The position numbers were made by a program, and so were the translations under genes. From Eledone cirrhosa (lineage: Eukaryota): a stretch of DNA of 64,000 bases. The notes beneath the pieces are model-generated. The model was not told where the DNA came from. It ran no database searches and saw only the letters and a program-made list of their open reading frames with translations. Each line of letters starts with the position of its first letter. Within the stretch, counting starts at the first letter, position 1. The stretch covers positions 95,666,001 to 95,730,000 of the forward strand of contig OZ024745.1 in assembly GCA_964016885.1 (NCBI GenBank), given 5' to 3'. Shown here piece after piece: positions 51,695 to 64,000 of this stretch.

Positions 51695-53732
51695 CTATAT
51701 ATATATATATATTATATCTTATGATTTGAAATTTGAAATGTTGGAATTCAAAAGCAGAAATCACTATAAATAATAAAAGTCTTAGAAAATTGGGTAAAAA
51801 GACAAGGTGGCCAGCAGCACTATGGAGAATGGAACTATATATATATATACACACGTATATATATATATACGTGTGTGTGTGTGTATGAGTGTGTATGTAT
51901 ATATATATATTGGTTAATATCAACAATTTTTCTAAACATTGTATATATATATATATATATATTATTTTTTTTTTTGTAATTAAAAATAAATTACATTTAT
52001 ATAATACAAAGACTGCAACAAACATCTGATTGCTTATAAGCAGGTGTTGTAAATATCATCCATTTATGACATATCAATCCACCACCATTTTGTCTTCTTC
52101 AGAGTTTCTCATTCTACCACCATTTTATTCATCTCTCTATTGAGAATGACATGCCTCATGACATGTCCTTTGTAATGTATGCAATGCATAGTTATGTATT
52201 TTTATCATATTTTTATTTTACCTACTATGCTTTCGGAGTAGTTTCGTTCACTTATAATTAGGTCAGCAATGTAACAGAAGCTATCAACTACTTCTGCCAA
52301 TGCTAAAAATTCTTATTCTACATGATTTCTACAACTCAAGTTATTAGAGGACCACTTAAACACTTCATTTTAATGTCATGAATCTAAGTTACTGCATATA
52401 CTTGAATATAAGTTTTTCTGAATATAAGCCAGCCTCCTAGACTGGTAATCCACATGTTTAGATGGTGCAGTTTCAAAATTCTTTTGTGTAGAGAATATAT
52501 TTATGAAGTTTTAATATTTTGTTATTTAGAGTATAGTTTTTGTTTCCCAATTCCATTATATAATGATTTTTTTACCAATTTCTGACCGTTTTGAAGGCCA
52601 TATTCATTCAAAACATGAAAAACAATAGGAAATACGAATTTCACTTCGAAAAGTGAAACTGGTGTAATATTTACCCCAAAAATTGAAACGGATGCAATAT
52701 TTACCTCTAAAGTGAAACTGTTGTGATATTTACCTCCAAAACGAAAATATTTTAGCACTTTATTGAGATAGAATTTTGAAGTTGGTGAAAATCGGCAAAA
52801 TATTGACCTCAAATATAAGCTGAAATGATTTTCCCATCGATTTTTTTTGTCCCATATTTTCAGCTTATGTACAAGTATATATGGTAAGTCACCTTGGTAG
52901 AACCAATTCTTCTACAAATAACACTTATGGAAAAACATTGTGAGCAAATATAAAATTGTGGTTATTCAGTTACAGTGGTTTCAATGCTTGTAGTAGTGAT
53001 TTATACTTGTGTATATGGTACCTATCTGCAACTGCATAGAGAGTATCAGTTGAGAGTTATGTTTTTACTTTAAACAAGTACATTAACTATATGAATTATG
53101 GATCCTGTAGTTTATAATGTGATTTCCTATTTACTTGACCAGCTGCAGTTCTCATTGCATACTAAATTCCTATAAGCATTAAAAACCACACACTTAGACC
53201 AGTCAAGAAAGATGCCCTATTCGGTTTGGTTTTGCATTTGAAAAGGGGTATTCACTCTGAAATATACAGGGTAAAAAACATTACTTTATTTTTGTTTTAT
53301 TTCTCATTCTTTTCCTTGTACTGGCTTTCTGAAGTTTCCACCAATCAATTATTACATATCTCAGAATCCTTCATATTAACTATACTACTCTATTTAGATA
53401 ATATAAGTAGTAATTATTGAACTTTATCTTGCATCTGTTTCAGTAAATTTTGATGTTATGAGATAATTTCAACTACAAATTCATTTTTCACTTTTCTTTC
53501 ATATATTTATGTTTGAACAAATAAAAAAAAATATGCTGTTATTGTTAAACATTTGTATTATTATTTCCAATAACAACTTCATGTTATAAATAAATATGCA
53601 GCAATGCATAGTTACCTAATAATTATTTTAAATTATACGCTCTGCAGATATGTCATCTCTGAAGACTGTCATCTAGATTCTTTTTAACAAACTATTAAGG
53701 CAGGACTGATAATATAACATATCTAAAAGATT

Positions 53733-54154
53733 TGTAGTGACCCCTAGCGGTGAAATCCAGAACTCATGAGAGGGACTGTAGTGACCCCTAGTGTCAACAA
53801 CAGAAGTAAATGGAGTTACGTCCCCATGGGGACTATATATAGTCAGTGAAAGCGCTCTATCTCTCTTTTACCCGCACCAGTCCTGGAATCAAGATGCAAC
53901 TCAACCTTCACCCACGACACATGGGATGCAATTACCAGCCTACTCCAGTGAACAAGTTAAGAGCAACTCTTTTTACTACCAACAGCCTCATGAACCAACT
54001 ACACCATCACATCATTCAACCTTCACAACTTGTGGTAATATGTTTATTGTCCTTTCTTTGACTTCAATGAAGTAAATCTTTGTATATAAACCAAAAAAGC
54101 TGTTCTTGTTATTTCTACAACAACTATTATCTGTTATAATACCATTCTTCTAAA
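53733..54154 (+). repeat. 5' LTR
   Basis: TGTAGTGACCCCTAG..ATTCTTCTAAA; matches the 3' LTR with roughly a dozen differences by eye. Confidence 0.92.
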
Positions 54155-54155
54155 G

Positions 54156-54167
54156 TGGTGACCCCGA
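54156..54167 (+). promoter_or_regulatory. Primer binding site, tRNA-Trp
   Basis: TGGTGACCCCGA one base after the LTR, complementary to the tRNA-Trp 3' end. Confidence 0.88.
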
Positions 54168-54592
54168 AAAAAAAAACCGAAGTGATATTATAAAAGAAAA
54201 AAAAAATTAATAGAAAACAACACGCTTTTTGATTCTGATATGGCTTCATTTACCGATCACATAAGAAAGAGAAAAGTGAACCATGTGTTAAGAACAATTA
54301 CGTAAATTTTTTTTTTTTTCTTCTTTTCTCTGCTCAAATTTTTGAAGATGTCAAGATGGTGGCTTTCTTCTCCATCAATTTTTTTGGCGTGAAACTGTGC
54401 ACCATGTTGGTTTTTGTTTTAGGTTCGCTGTAAATGTATTGTTAATGCCATTGCTTGATTAGTCGCTTCCCTACACCTTATTTCAGATGCATTCTTTTTC
54501 CTGTCTGGTTGTTTGACAGAAAAAAACAAGTGGATTAATTTTCTTTTTCCCTTGTGTCCGAGGTATTTTGGCCGCTTACTGAGATTGCACCA

Positions 54593-55368
54593 ATGGCATC
54601 TCATTCTATTCTCCCTACTTACACGGGCGACGTTAAGTTATGGTTCGCTCAAATGAAAGCATTTTTCGAGGTTAACAACATCGCTGAGGTGCAGCAACAT
54701 CCCCTTGTCCTTAGCGCCTTTCCTCTGGCACTTCTCCCAATTATTAAGGATCTTGTATTGGAGACACCGACTGACGCTACTTACAAGTCGTTAAAGGCTG
54801 AAATACTCAGCCGGACTACACAGTCCGCCGAGAAACGTTTTAGAGCTCTGGTCCATTTGGAGCATATCAAGGATGGTACTCCATCGAACCTCTTACAGCG
54901 GAGACTGCATTGTTGAAGCAGTTGTTTTTCTCACGGCTACTGACCAACGTTCAAGCAATTTTGGCCCGCATTAGGGATACATGTTCTGTGGACCAACTGG
55001 CCGCCTCTCCGGACAAAGTTTTTGAGGTCACGGGTGCTGGAGGCAGCAAGGCCCTTGCCGCTGTTTCTCACCCAGCTCAGGCCACACCTGGCCATGCCAC
55101 CTGTGTGGCAACTCATGCAGACAGCGCAGCTATAATGACTATGCAGAAAGCCATTCTGGAACTCACCCTGGAGCTACAGAAGCTGAAGGCCTCAAGTGGT
55201 GCTTGTTCGCGCTCGCGCAGCCATGGTAGATCTTACTCTTTCAGACACCACCCCAGGTCACCAGCTTCATCTTTATGCTGGTACCACGAGCGTTTTTCTG
55301 AGAACGCAAACCACTGTGTGCAGCCGTGTTCGTTTGTGACGTTGGGAAACGCCAGAGAGGTACGCTGA
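54593..55368 (+). pseudogene. gag: gag with CHCC zinc motif, frameshifted near 54905
   Basis: LPTYTGDVKLWFAQMKAFF..TYKSLKAEILSRT..TPSNLL / LKQLFFSRL..RSRSRS..LCWYHERFSENANHCVQPCSF. Confidence 0.85.
55344..55350 (+). promoter_or_regulatory. Candidate -1 ribosomal frameshift slippery heptamer G GGA AAC
   Basis: X XXY YYZ in the gag phase; the -1 frame (ORF 55326-55550) leads into the protease FLVDTGA. Confidence 0.75.
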
Positions 55369-58300
55369 GGGCGGCAGTTGACCTCACCATAAAGCCACCA
55401 AACCACCATTTCTTCATCAAGGACCTTATGTCTGGAAGAGGCTTCCTCGTGGATACAGGAGCCTCCTGTAGTATTTGGCCGGTCCATTGCCTAAAGGATA
55501 CCTCCGTGGAGTCATCCGTTATTCTCAGGCCATTAACCACTTGCCTATAAAGACGTACGGACAAATCTCACTTCCCTCAAATTCCAAAATCTTCGTAGGG
55601 ATTTTAAATGGATTTTTACGGTCGCTGACTTGCCATACCCAATCTTAGGAGCGGATTTCCTCCACAATTTCTCCTTGACTGTGGACGTCCGAGGCCAATG
55701 CATGGTGGATGACATCACCAGTTTCTCAATTCGTAGCCGAAAAGCCAATGCTCCTACGATCAGCCCAATATTCTTCATCACTGCTGCTGGAGACGTCTAC
55801 CATTCGTTGTTAGGATCATTCCCGGAGCTCATCAATGGAAATGTTCGAGTTACCGAGCCAACTCACTCAACCGAACATTTTATTTCCACAGCGGGTGCTC
55901 CAGTATTTTCACGTCCACATCATTTACCGGCGAACAAGTTAAAGGAAGCACGGTCGGAGTTCGACCATATGCTGCAGCTGGGCATTATTCGCCCATCTAC
56001 AAGCCCTTGGGCTTCACCATTACATATGGTGCCCAAGACTTCTGGCGACTGGAGACCCACTGGGGATTATAAGAGGTTAAACGCGATGACCGTCCCGGAT
56101 AGATATCCGATTCCCCATCTCCAGGATTTCGCATCTTTGTTGCAGGGTTGTAAGATTTTCTCCAAACTCGATTTAGTGCGAGCTTACCACCAAATTCTGG
56201 TCAGGAAGGAAGACATTCCGAAAACAGCTATTACGACACCTTTCGGATCCTTCGAGTTTTTTACCATGCCTTTCGGACTCAGGAATGCCGCTAGCACTTT
56301 TCAGCAGTTCATGGACAAGGTCACTCGTGATCTGGACTTCGTTTATGCATATATAGATGATCTTCTCATCGCTAGTTCCTCTCAAGAAGAACATATGCGT
56401 CACCTGAACCTTTTATTTTGCCGACTCCAGGATTACCGCGTTTGAGTGAATACCGCAAAGTGTGTTTTTGGATCCGCTTCACTGAATTTTTTAGGTCACA
56501 TCATCGACACCGAGGGTATTCGACCCCTTCCGCAGCGAGTTAAGGCTATACAGGATTTACTTCCGCCTACTACACTTCACCAGTTGTGTCACTTCTTAGG
56601 CCTAATCAATTTTTATAGACGTTTCGTTCCTCAATGTGCAAAATTACTGTTTTCCCTTACTGAGATTTTGAAAAATCGTCGTAAGAAGAATGAGGATATT
56701 TCCTTGACACAAGGACAACTCAAAGATTTCCAGACTGCCAAGACAGCACTTGCTAATTCACCTTTGCTAGGCCACCCAGTACCAGAGGCCAAGCTTTTGC
56801 TTTGTGTTGTTGCATCTGATACCGCTGTAGGAGCAGTTTTACAACAGTATAACGCTGGAAACCAACAACCTTTGGCATTTTTCTCCTGGAAGCTGAAACC
56901 AGCAGAAACTCGTTACAGCACATTTTGTCGGGAGTTATTAGCCATATATCTTTCGTTGAAATATTTTTCTCATATTCTTGAGGGAAGAACTTTTACAGTT
57001 TTCACTGACCACAAACCTCTGACATTCGCTTTGAGGGTTAAAGCCGACAAATATTCACCCAGAGAGACAAGGCACCTTGATTACATTTCGCAGTTTACAA
57101 ATGATATACAGCACATTGCTGGCTCACTAAACACAACTGCAGACGCTTTGTCACGCTTGCCAATCAGCTCGATTTCATCATCCCAGGAGATCGATTTAGG
57201 CCGTCTGGCAGCAGACCAACCTGCACTCGAATCGTTGGATACTCAATCAGCTGAATTTGCGACTTGCAACCTGAAATATCTGCCCTTGTCGACTACCGAC
57301 AGGCAGATCCTCTGCGACATATCTACGGATTCACCACGACCTTATGTTCCCGAGACTCACCGTCGAATTGTGTTCCTTGCTTTGTACAGCATTTCTCACC
57401 CAGGATCTTCAGCCACAGTAAAGCTCATAACGACTAGATTTTTCTGGCCAAATATGAGGCAAGAAATTACTGCCTGATGCCGTTCCTGCATACAGTGTCA
57501 AAAATCTAAAGTCCACAGACACATCTGGACTCCACTTAGTACTTTCAGTACTCCAGATGCTCGTTTTCAACACATCCACATTGATATCGTTGAACCTTGG
57601 CCATTCAGTAGTGGATATTCTTACCTTTTGACCTGCATTGATTGTTTTGTGCAATGGCCTGAAGCCATCCCCTTAAAGGACATTACCGCCGAAACGATAG
57701 CGCGTGCCTTGGTATCAGGGTGGATTGCCCGCTATGGCATGCCAACCACAATTACTACAGACCATGGTAGGCAATTTGAATCTCATCTTTTCTCAGAGCT
57801 GACAAAAATTATTGGCGCTCAACGTATTCGGATCACATCTTATCATCCTGCTTCGAACGAAATGGTGGAACGTTTTCACCGCCAATTAAAGGCCATTCTT
57901 CGCGCCTATCCAGACTCTCTACGTTGGAGCGAGTACCTTCCTATTGTGTTATTAGGAATTCAGTCATCAATAAAGGAGGACCTTGGGTTCTCCCTGGCTG
58001 AATTATTGTATGGTGCTCCTCTAGCGTTACCTGGGCAAATGCTTGCCCCTGTTGATCTTGCTTTTCAGGATCCTCTTCCTACGTATCTCGTTTGCGCTCC
58101 TATTTTCAGGACTTACCGCCTATGGATACTAGGAAACAAACTATTAAAACTGCAGTCCCAAGGGATATTGCCTCGTGGACACATGTCTTTGTCAGAAATG
58201 ACGCGGTTAGTCCACCTCTCACACAACCATACTCTGGACCCTACTGTGTGTTAGCACGTACTGACAAACATTTTACAGTAGACATTAAGGGATTCAGAGA

Positions 58301-58480
58301 GACAATTTCGGTGGATAGAATAAAAAGGGCATACACTGACGCTCATACACCTGAGCCACAAATACCCAATCTTTCTCTATTGTGCATACACCTGCTCCTT
58401 CTGCCCCACCTTCACCTACATACAAGACCACGACTCGTTCCAGTCGAAGAGTCCACTGGCCTAAAAAACTCTGTTAGACA
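55350..58480 (+). pseudogene. pol: pol: protease, RT, RNase H, integrase; two in-frame TGA (56443, 57475) and frameshifts near 55535 and 58080
   Basis: [53 protein letters not shown] zinc finger, ITTDHGRQFES, ERFHRQLK, PYSGPY. Confidence 0.93.
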
Positions 58481-58639
58481 TTTTTTATATGAACTGGCCA
58501 CTATGGAGCCTTTTCTTTTTTCTTTTTCTTTGTATTATGTATGCATGTACCTTTTTATTTTTTATTGTTTCATGCCTTTGCTTGGATCCCATTCTTGCGG
58601 GTTCGCTACAATTACCTTCGGGCTTTTAGCCTATCGTCT

Positions 58640-58648
58640 GGAGGAGGG
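58640..58648 (+). promoter_or_regulatory. Polypurine tract
   Basis: GGAGGAGGG just before the 3' LTR. Confidence 0.8.
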
Positions 58649-58651
58649 TAT

Positions 58652-59068
58652 GGTAGTGACCCCTAGTGGTGAAATCCAGAACTCATGAGAGGGACTGTAG
58701 TGACCCCTAGTGTCAACAACAGAAGTAAATGGAGTTACGTCCCCATGGGGACTATATATATAGTCAGTGAAAGCGCTCTATCGCTCTTTTACCCGCACCA
58801 GTCCTGGAATCAAGATGCAACTCAACCTTCACCCACGACACGTGGGATGTAATTACCAGCCTACTCCAGTGAACAAGTTAAGAGCAACTCTCTTTACTAC
58901 CAACAGCCTCATGAACCAACTACACCATCACATCATTCAACCTTCACAACTTGTGGTAATATGTTTATTGTCCTTTCTTTGACTTCAATGAAGTAAACCT
59001 TTGTATATAAACCCAAAAAGCCATTCTTGTTATTTCTACAACAACTATTATCTAACTATTCTTCTAAA
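58652..59068 (+). repeat. 3' LTR
   Basis: GGTAGTGACCCCTAG..ATTCTTCTAAA followed by GATT. Confidence 0.92.
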
Positions 59069-59072
59069 GATT

Positions 59073-59390
59073 GATAGACCACTTGACAGTTATATAGTTA
59101 AAGATCTCATTAAGGATATGGTGAAAGGAAAACCTGCTGAGTCATTTGGAATAGTTGCTGAGAGGCCAAAAATATATGGTCCTGGTATGGCTTGAGCTAG
59201 TCCCCTTCATAGTCAACTCGGTAATCCATGATAGTCTCATCCTTGATGGCTAGTGCTAATGTAACAGTATCATCATTACCTTCTACAATGGCAAAGGTTG
59301 TGCTCTAGAAAGAAGCATTGACAGCAACATCAAACTGGTTCATCAAGCTATAAAAGTAATGAAAAGGATAAAATGCAAAGTTAACGAGAA
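59073..59390 (+). mobile_element. Old decayed RTE fragment
   Basis: IKDMVKGKPAESFGIVAE resembles [18 protein letters not shown]; further similarity to CYKGKGDAL and IKLIDQ. Confidence 0.6.
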
Positions 59391-59534
59391 GTGATGCAGC
59401 TAAAGATCACAAGGTATTTTGTCCAGTTCTCTATTCAGTGCCAATCCACTACCATTTTGTCTCACTTTTAACTAATTATCAGTCCAATAGCATTTTATTT
59501 GACTCTACAGATTCTATCAATTTGCTATTACTGA

Positions 59535-59645
59535 TCTGAGTTCAAATCCTGCCGAGGTTAACTTTCCCTTTCACAGGGTCGATAAAATAAAGTACTAGTA
59601 ATGCACTGGTTAATTGCTGGCCTTGTGCCAAAAGTAGAAACAATT
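59535..59645 (+). mobile_element. Partial Meta-like SINE
   Basis: CTGAGTTCAAATCCTGCCGAGGTTAACTTT..GGGTCGATAAAATAAAGTAC..GGCCTTGTGCCAAAAGTAGAAAC. Confidence 0.8.
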
Positions 59646-62479
59646 ACTTTATCTAGCTTTCACTGGAAATCCACCACCATTTTAACCAGCTCTCTATTAA
59701 CTGTTAATCTATTCATCACCATTTTTCATAGCTTGCTAATGCCTATTAGTACACCATCATTTTCTCTGGCTCTCTACATACTCTGTAAGCCCACTACCAG
59801 TTTGTTTGGCTCTCTACTAAGTTTATCAATCTACCACCATTTTGTCTCTTTAAAGATTGTCAATCTACTACTATTTTCTCTAGCTTTTTACTGGCTTTTG
59901 TCAATCCACCAAACAACAAAAAATTCACTAGTAGAGGAAAGAAACAGAACTTATACAGAAACCAAATGATCATTTGAATAGAAATGTAGCAACCTGCCAC
60001 ACTACTGTATAGCTAACCAAGAATTATTACGAAGAAATTATAATGTTCGAAACAGTGCTCAACAACTAGACACCATAACAATATAATTTGATTTTGCAAG
60101 TAGATATGAAACTACAAGACTATAACAACACTTCTTTATCATTTTCTCTATTTATAGTAAAATACACAGATTGTAATTCAAAACAAAAATATCAATGCAG
60201 CAATAGAACCTTAAGACATTCTGTGAAGATAAGCAATTATATAAAATCTTCAGTAATGGTTAATGACTATCAAAATTGATATGAGTTTTAAACTAAAATG
60301 GTTTCTAAGATAGTTATTCCAAATAAAATGATTTTAAGATGTTACAGACAACAAATGAAAATATATAAAAATAATAAGCTTCACCAAATATATATTCTCT
60401 ATAATTGGCAAAATTGCTTCCTTTAGAAATGTAATTGCTTTTAAAACGTCAGTCAGTTGACAATCTATTTCACTTGAAATTATATTACAAACACCTTAAT
60501 AACTGTTCACAAAGAAATACATAGTATGCAACTTATCATAAATAGGATAATATCAACATTTCTTGGCAGGAATAATATCAAGTCTCTTCTACAAATGTAT
60601 CTGTGCAAATAATTGTCAGATATGCATGTATGTGCACACACTTGTTTTTTTTTTTTGTTTTTTTTTTGATGTACCAAATAAATAATAAAGAAATTGTAAA
60701 AGAATAGTTAATGAAAATAGACATATCTAGAAAACTAAAGAAAGATATAATATAAAGACAGAAACACAGAATTAAAACATAACAGAAGTATAGACTAAAA
60801 CAAAATTTGTTAAAAAAATAATTGCCATTGTATACTTCCAACCTCCATTTCATACACAAGCAAAAAGATTTTCAGAAGCAAGAAGCTGTAGAAGAAGAAG
60901 ATAGCATATGCTGTTGGGAATAAGGCAGATGGGATAGTTACTATTATAACTCTAGCAATCTTTGCTTAGTAAACATTCATGTGACGTCTAAATGTCTCCA
61001 CATGTAAAACAGCCTGCTTTAATTCCTGCAGAGATGTGAGGACCTAACCCATAGCATAGTAAACAATACCTGCAAACTAAAAACGGTAACCGATATCTGC
61101 TTCCTACTATAAGTCCATTTCTGCAGATCCAGATGTAACTACCTCCTACGCATGACAGCTTGACATTCTTCACAGATCCATACTAGTAACATCTTAAATT
61201 GATGCATGTTATGGAGGAGAAAGAGAAGGCAAATGAAAAAAAGAATAGCTGCTTATTTCAAACACTGAAACTTTTGACATCCTGAAAGAAAAAAAAACGT
61301 GTGTGAAGAAGAACCTCTGCTTTATGTATTGTTTTATATTTTATACTAAACTTTGCGTGTACATGTCTGTGCACTGCATGCACATATGTGCGTGCATGTA
61401 CTAAGTATGAAACTATGGAACTTAACCATGGAAATAGCTTTTTTTCATTTCAAAAGCTGACTATCTGAGAGGATAATGCAGATGATCAAGAAAGGAGATA
61501 TTCACATATGTTTTAGTTTATTGGTTTCTATAGTTGAATTAATATTCCTCTAGGGATTGACTCTATAAATACCAGTAATATACTAAGAGTGAATGAGAAT
61601 GGCCAATGTTAATCAAATATATCACAACTGACATGGAATAAAAAAACAAATAAAGTGATTCCTAGCTTGATTAAATGAAATGATTATTTTCATAAATATC
61701 TTTTAGTAGTACCAATAGTGGGGGGGGGGAAGAAGAAGAAGAAGAAAGGGATGAAGGTAGGAATGACGGTAGGAATGACGGTAGGAATGACGAAAAATAA
61801 GAAAGAAGAAAGAGAGGAAGAAAGGAAAAAAGAAAGAAATGGAGGTGTTTCTAAGATACTAATTATGAATTCCAAGGACGAGATCAAATGAAGGTAACTG
61901 ATGAGACCAATTAACATAAACAAGTTTTAATTATTTCCATCAACGTACAACTACTATGTGGTGGGTTGTACTGATAAAGTTAATGAGTCTAATGACAATG
62001 ACTTTCTAGGGAAATGTACCTCAATCAATGTATATTATCTTTTATTCAGTATATATATATATATACACAGGGTGTCCCAAAAAATGTATACGCACTTTGA
62101 TTACTTGTACAGGCATATTTATTGCTTGTACAGGCAATATTTATTAGAATGCTGTTGAAGTGTGTATACATATATATATATACATACACACTCACAGATA
62201 TATATCAACGTTTTTATGTCCATTTCCCCACTGTTGTATGGGTTGGATGGGAAAGAAACAATGCAGTTATTAATAAGTATTGAAATTAATGCATGCAAGA
62301 TTTCACAGCTCTAGCATTACTCCTTTATAGTCAGCCTATGAACTTTTTAGCCAACCCTCATACATATATACACACACACACATACATATATACATACACA
62401 CACACACACACTCATATATATATACGTATAATATTGACGCACGCATACAATTAATGGTTGAACATCCAGATACCACTGG

Positions 62480-63180
62480 ATGCCTATCTCTACTCGGAAG
62501 GATGCTTGCAGAGACATTTTTGTGCACCACAACTCTGCCTTTCCCTACAGAGCTAAAATGGCCTATATACAAAATGAGATCTGGATATTTAACAGATGCA
62601 TCTAGGGTAGCAACAGACATACAAAGACGGTGGAATTCCAAAGAGCTTTCACTGAAAACGGCTGCCCTACACCGAAATGCAAAGGCAGCAACATGTAAAA
62701 GAACAAGGAGGACATCTGCCCCTAAGGACAAAATATGTTACCTAAAGCCTCTACATTTCAATGAGAAAACAATACCTGCCATCAGACAAGGCATCCGTAG
62801 GGAGGGACTGAACATATGGCTGGCACATTCGGGACCCTCATTCAGGAGATTTCTCCACAGACACCAACCGACATACAGCAATATATGCACACTTCCTAAT
62901 TGTTCCATCAACAACACAGACATGTATATGAGAGCATATATGGTCTATAAAATTACGTGCAAAAAATGTAGCTCCACATACTTCAAAAGTACCATAAGGA
63001 GGCTACATATATGGATCAAGGGACATGTGACAATGAAAGGCTCTTCCGTTAAAAAACATCTTGACAGATGCAGCAACCAAGACATTGAAGTCACCATAGA
63101 AGTAACTGAAAGGAATATAGGAAATTTAAAAATGAATGAGGCCATTTTCATCAGCCAAATAAAACCAGAGAAAAAATAAT
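62480..63180 (+). pseudogene. Decayed Penelope-like element: RT thumb end and GIY-YIG endonuclease
   Basis: RKDACRDIFVHHNSAFPYRAKMAYIQNEI..ENGCP in one frame; CTLPNC..MVYKITCKKCSSTYFKSTIRRLHIWIKGH..SSVKKHLDRC..LKMNEAIFISQIKPE in the next. Confidence 0.8.
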
Positions 63181-63407
63181 GGGTCAGAAATGCATGAGAC
63201 AGAATGGTTACTGTAGCGACCCCGGACATGTGCATACATTTTTCAAACACATAGTTAGGGAAGAAAACTCTGAAAATGCTGATCGCTTGTTTGTATTGTC
63301 TTGGATTGTTTCAGTTTCACATCACAAAAGAGGGTAATTGCATTCTACCAGCTTTTTAGAAAAAATTTATTGATCTTTTTATATATATATATATATATAT
63401 ATATACC

Positions 63408-63734
63408 GTCATCATTTCATTTTACATCCGCTTTTCCCTGCTTGCAAGGGTGGGACGGGAACTGATTCTGGCTTGATTTCTACAGCTGGATGCCTTTCCT
63501 AACACCAACCTCATTTTCAGTGAGTGCTGGGTGCTTATTTTCTCCGTGGCGCCTCCACGTCCACTTTACAGTGGAATGATAGGGACCCCAGTCCCTATCA
63601 TCTCATTTCTACAGCTGAGTAAACTGGAGCAATGTGAAATAAAGTGTCTTGCTCAAGGAAACAACACATCACCCGGTCTGAGAATTGAACTCACAACCTT
63701 TCGATTGCAAGGCCAATGTTCTAACCACTAAGCC

Positions 63735-63736
<2 letters not shown>
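63408..63736 (-). mobile_element. CORE-type SINE with RTE family B tail
   Basis: Reverse complement of the 39667 element, ending GGATGTAAAATG..ATGATGA. Confidence 0.87.
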
Positions 63737-63767
<31 letters not shown>

Positions 63768-63839
63768 AATATACACATATATATATTATATACATAAATA
63801 TATTATACTCATAAATGTATATATATAAACACACACACA

Positions 63840-64000
63840 GTAGCCTGGAAGTGTCACTACGAAAGGCTACTAAATGAGGAGAATAAATGGGAGAAAGATA
63901 GTCTCCCCCACATCGATCCAATAGAGGGACCAGCAGTGCTAGTTGAAGGTAGTATAATAAGTAAGGCAATCAAAGATATGAAGACGGGTAAAGCAGCTGG
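63840..64000 (+). mobile_element. RTE family A, 5'-truncated copy running off the window end
   Basis: Near-identical to 2067-2228 (VAWKCHYERLLNEENKWEKDSLPHIDPIEGPAVLV); starts right after a (TA)n/(CA)n tract. Confidence 0.92.

Larger units (their letters stand above)
53733..59068 (+). mobile_element. Ty3/Gypsy LTR retrotransposon, CsRn1-type, complete but decayed
   Basis: Two LTRs, PBS, PPT, gag-PR-RT-RH-IN order, 4 bp GATT duplication (53729-53732 and 59069-59072). Confidence 0.95.

Noticed and set aside
56443-57477. Two in-frame TGA codons in pol as readthrough or selenocysteine recoding
   Set aside because: Explained by point mutation (TGG to TGA in A-W-C-R-S-C; probably CGA to TGA) in an element that also has frameshifts.
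62068-62171. Tc1/mariner-like MITE (CAGGGTGTCCCAAAAAATGTATAC..)
   Set aside because: Only one plausible terminus; the other is partial and lost in microsatellite.
63180-63380. Hammerhead downstream of the second Penelope fragment
   Set aside because: Searched both strands; only CTGAAAA with no paired stems or following GAAA.

Overview
AT-rich, microsatellite-laden animal genomic DNA. The repeat repertoire (RTE LINEs with (GAT)n tails, CORE- and Meta-type tRNA SINEs, long (TA)n/(CATA)n tracts) looks like an octopus/cephalopod genome; this is an inference. No host protein-coding exon could be supported. Main contents: (1) a near-full-length RTE LINE broken by one nonsense codon, truncated sister copies and a second related family, all with a C4HC3 PHD finger inserted inside the reverse transcriptase; (2) a 4.8 kb array of a 34 bp unit, whose giant ORFs are artefacts; (3) Penelope-like retroelement pieces in (TA)n tracts carrying three complete minimal type I hammerhead ribozymes (19138-19180 +, 20668-20712 +, 41257-41327 -) and two 5'-truncated ones, one in a fold-back whose arm stops 3 nt from the predicted cleavage site; (4) a complete but decayed CsRn1-type Gypsy LTR retrotransposon (tRNA-Trp PBS, CHCC Gag, G GGA AAC slippery site, GATT target duplication); (5) TTAA-flanked piggyBac-type MITEs, other fold-back elements and many SINEs. 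All alignments and folds were read by eye.
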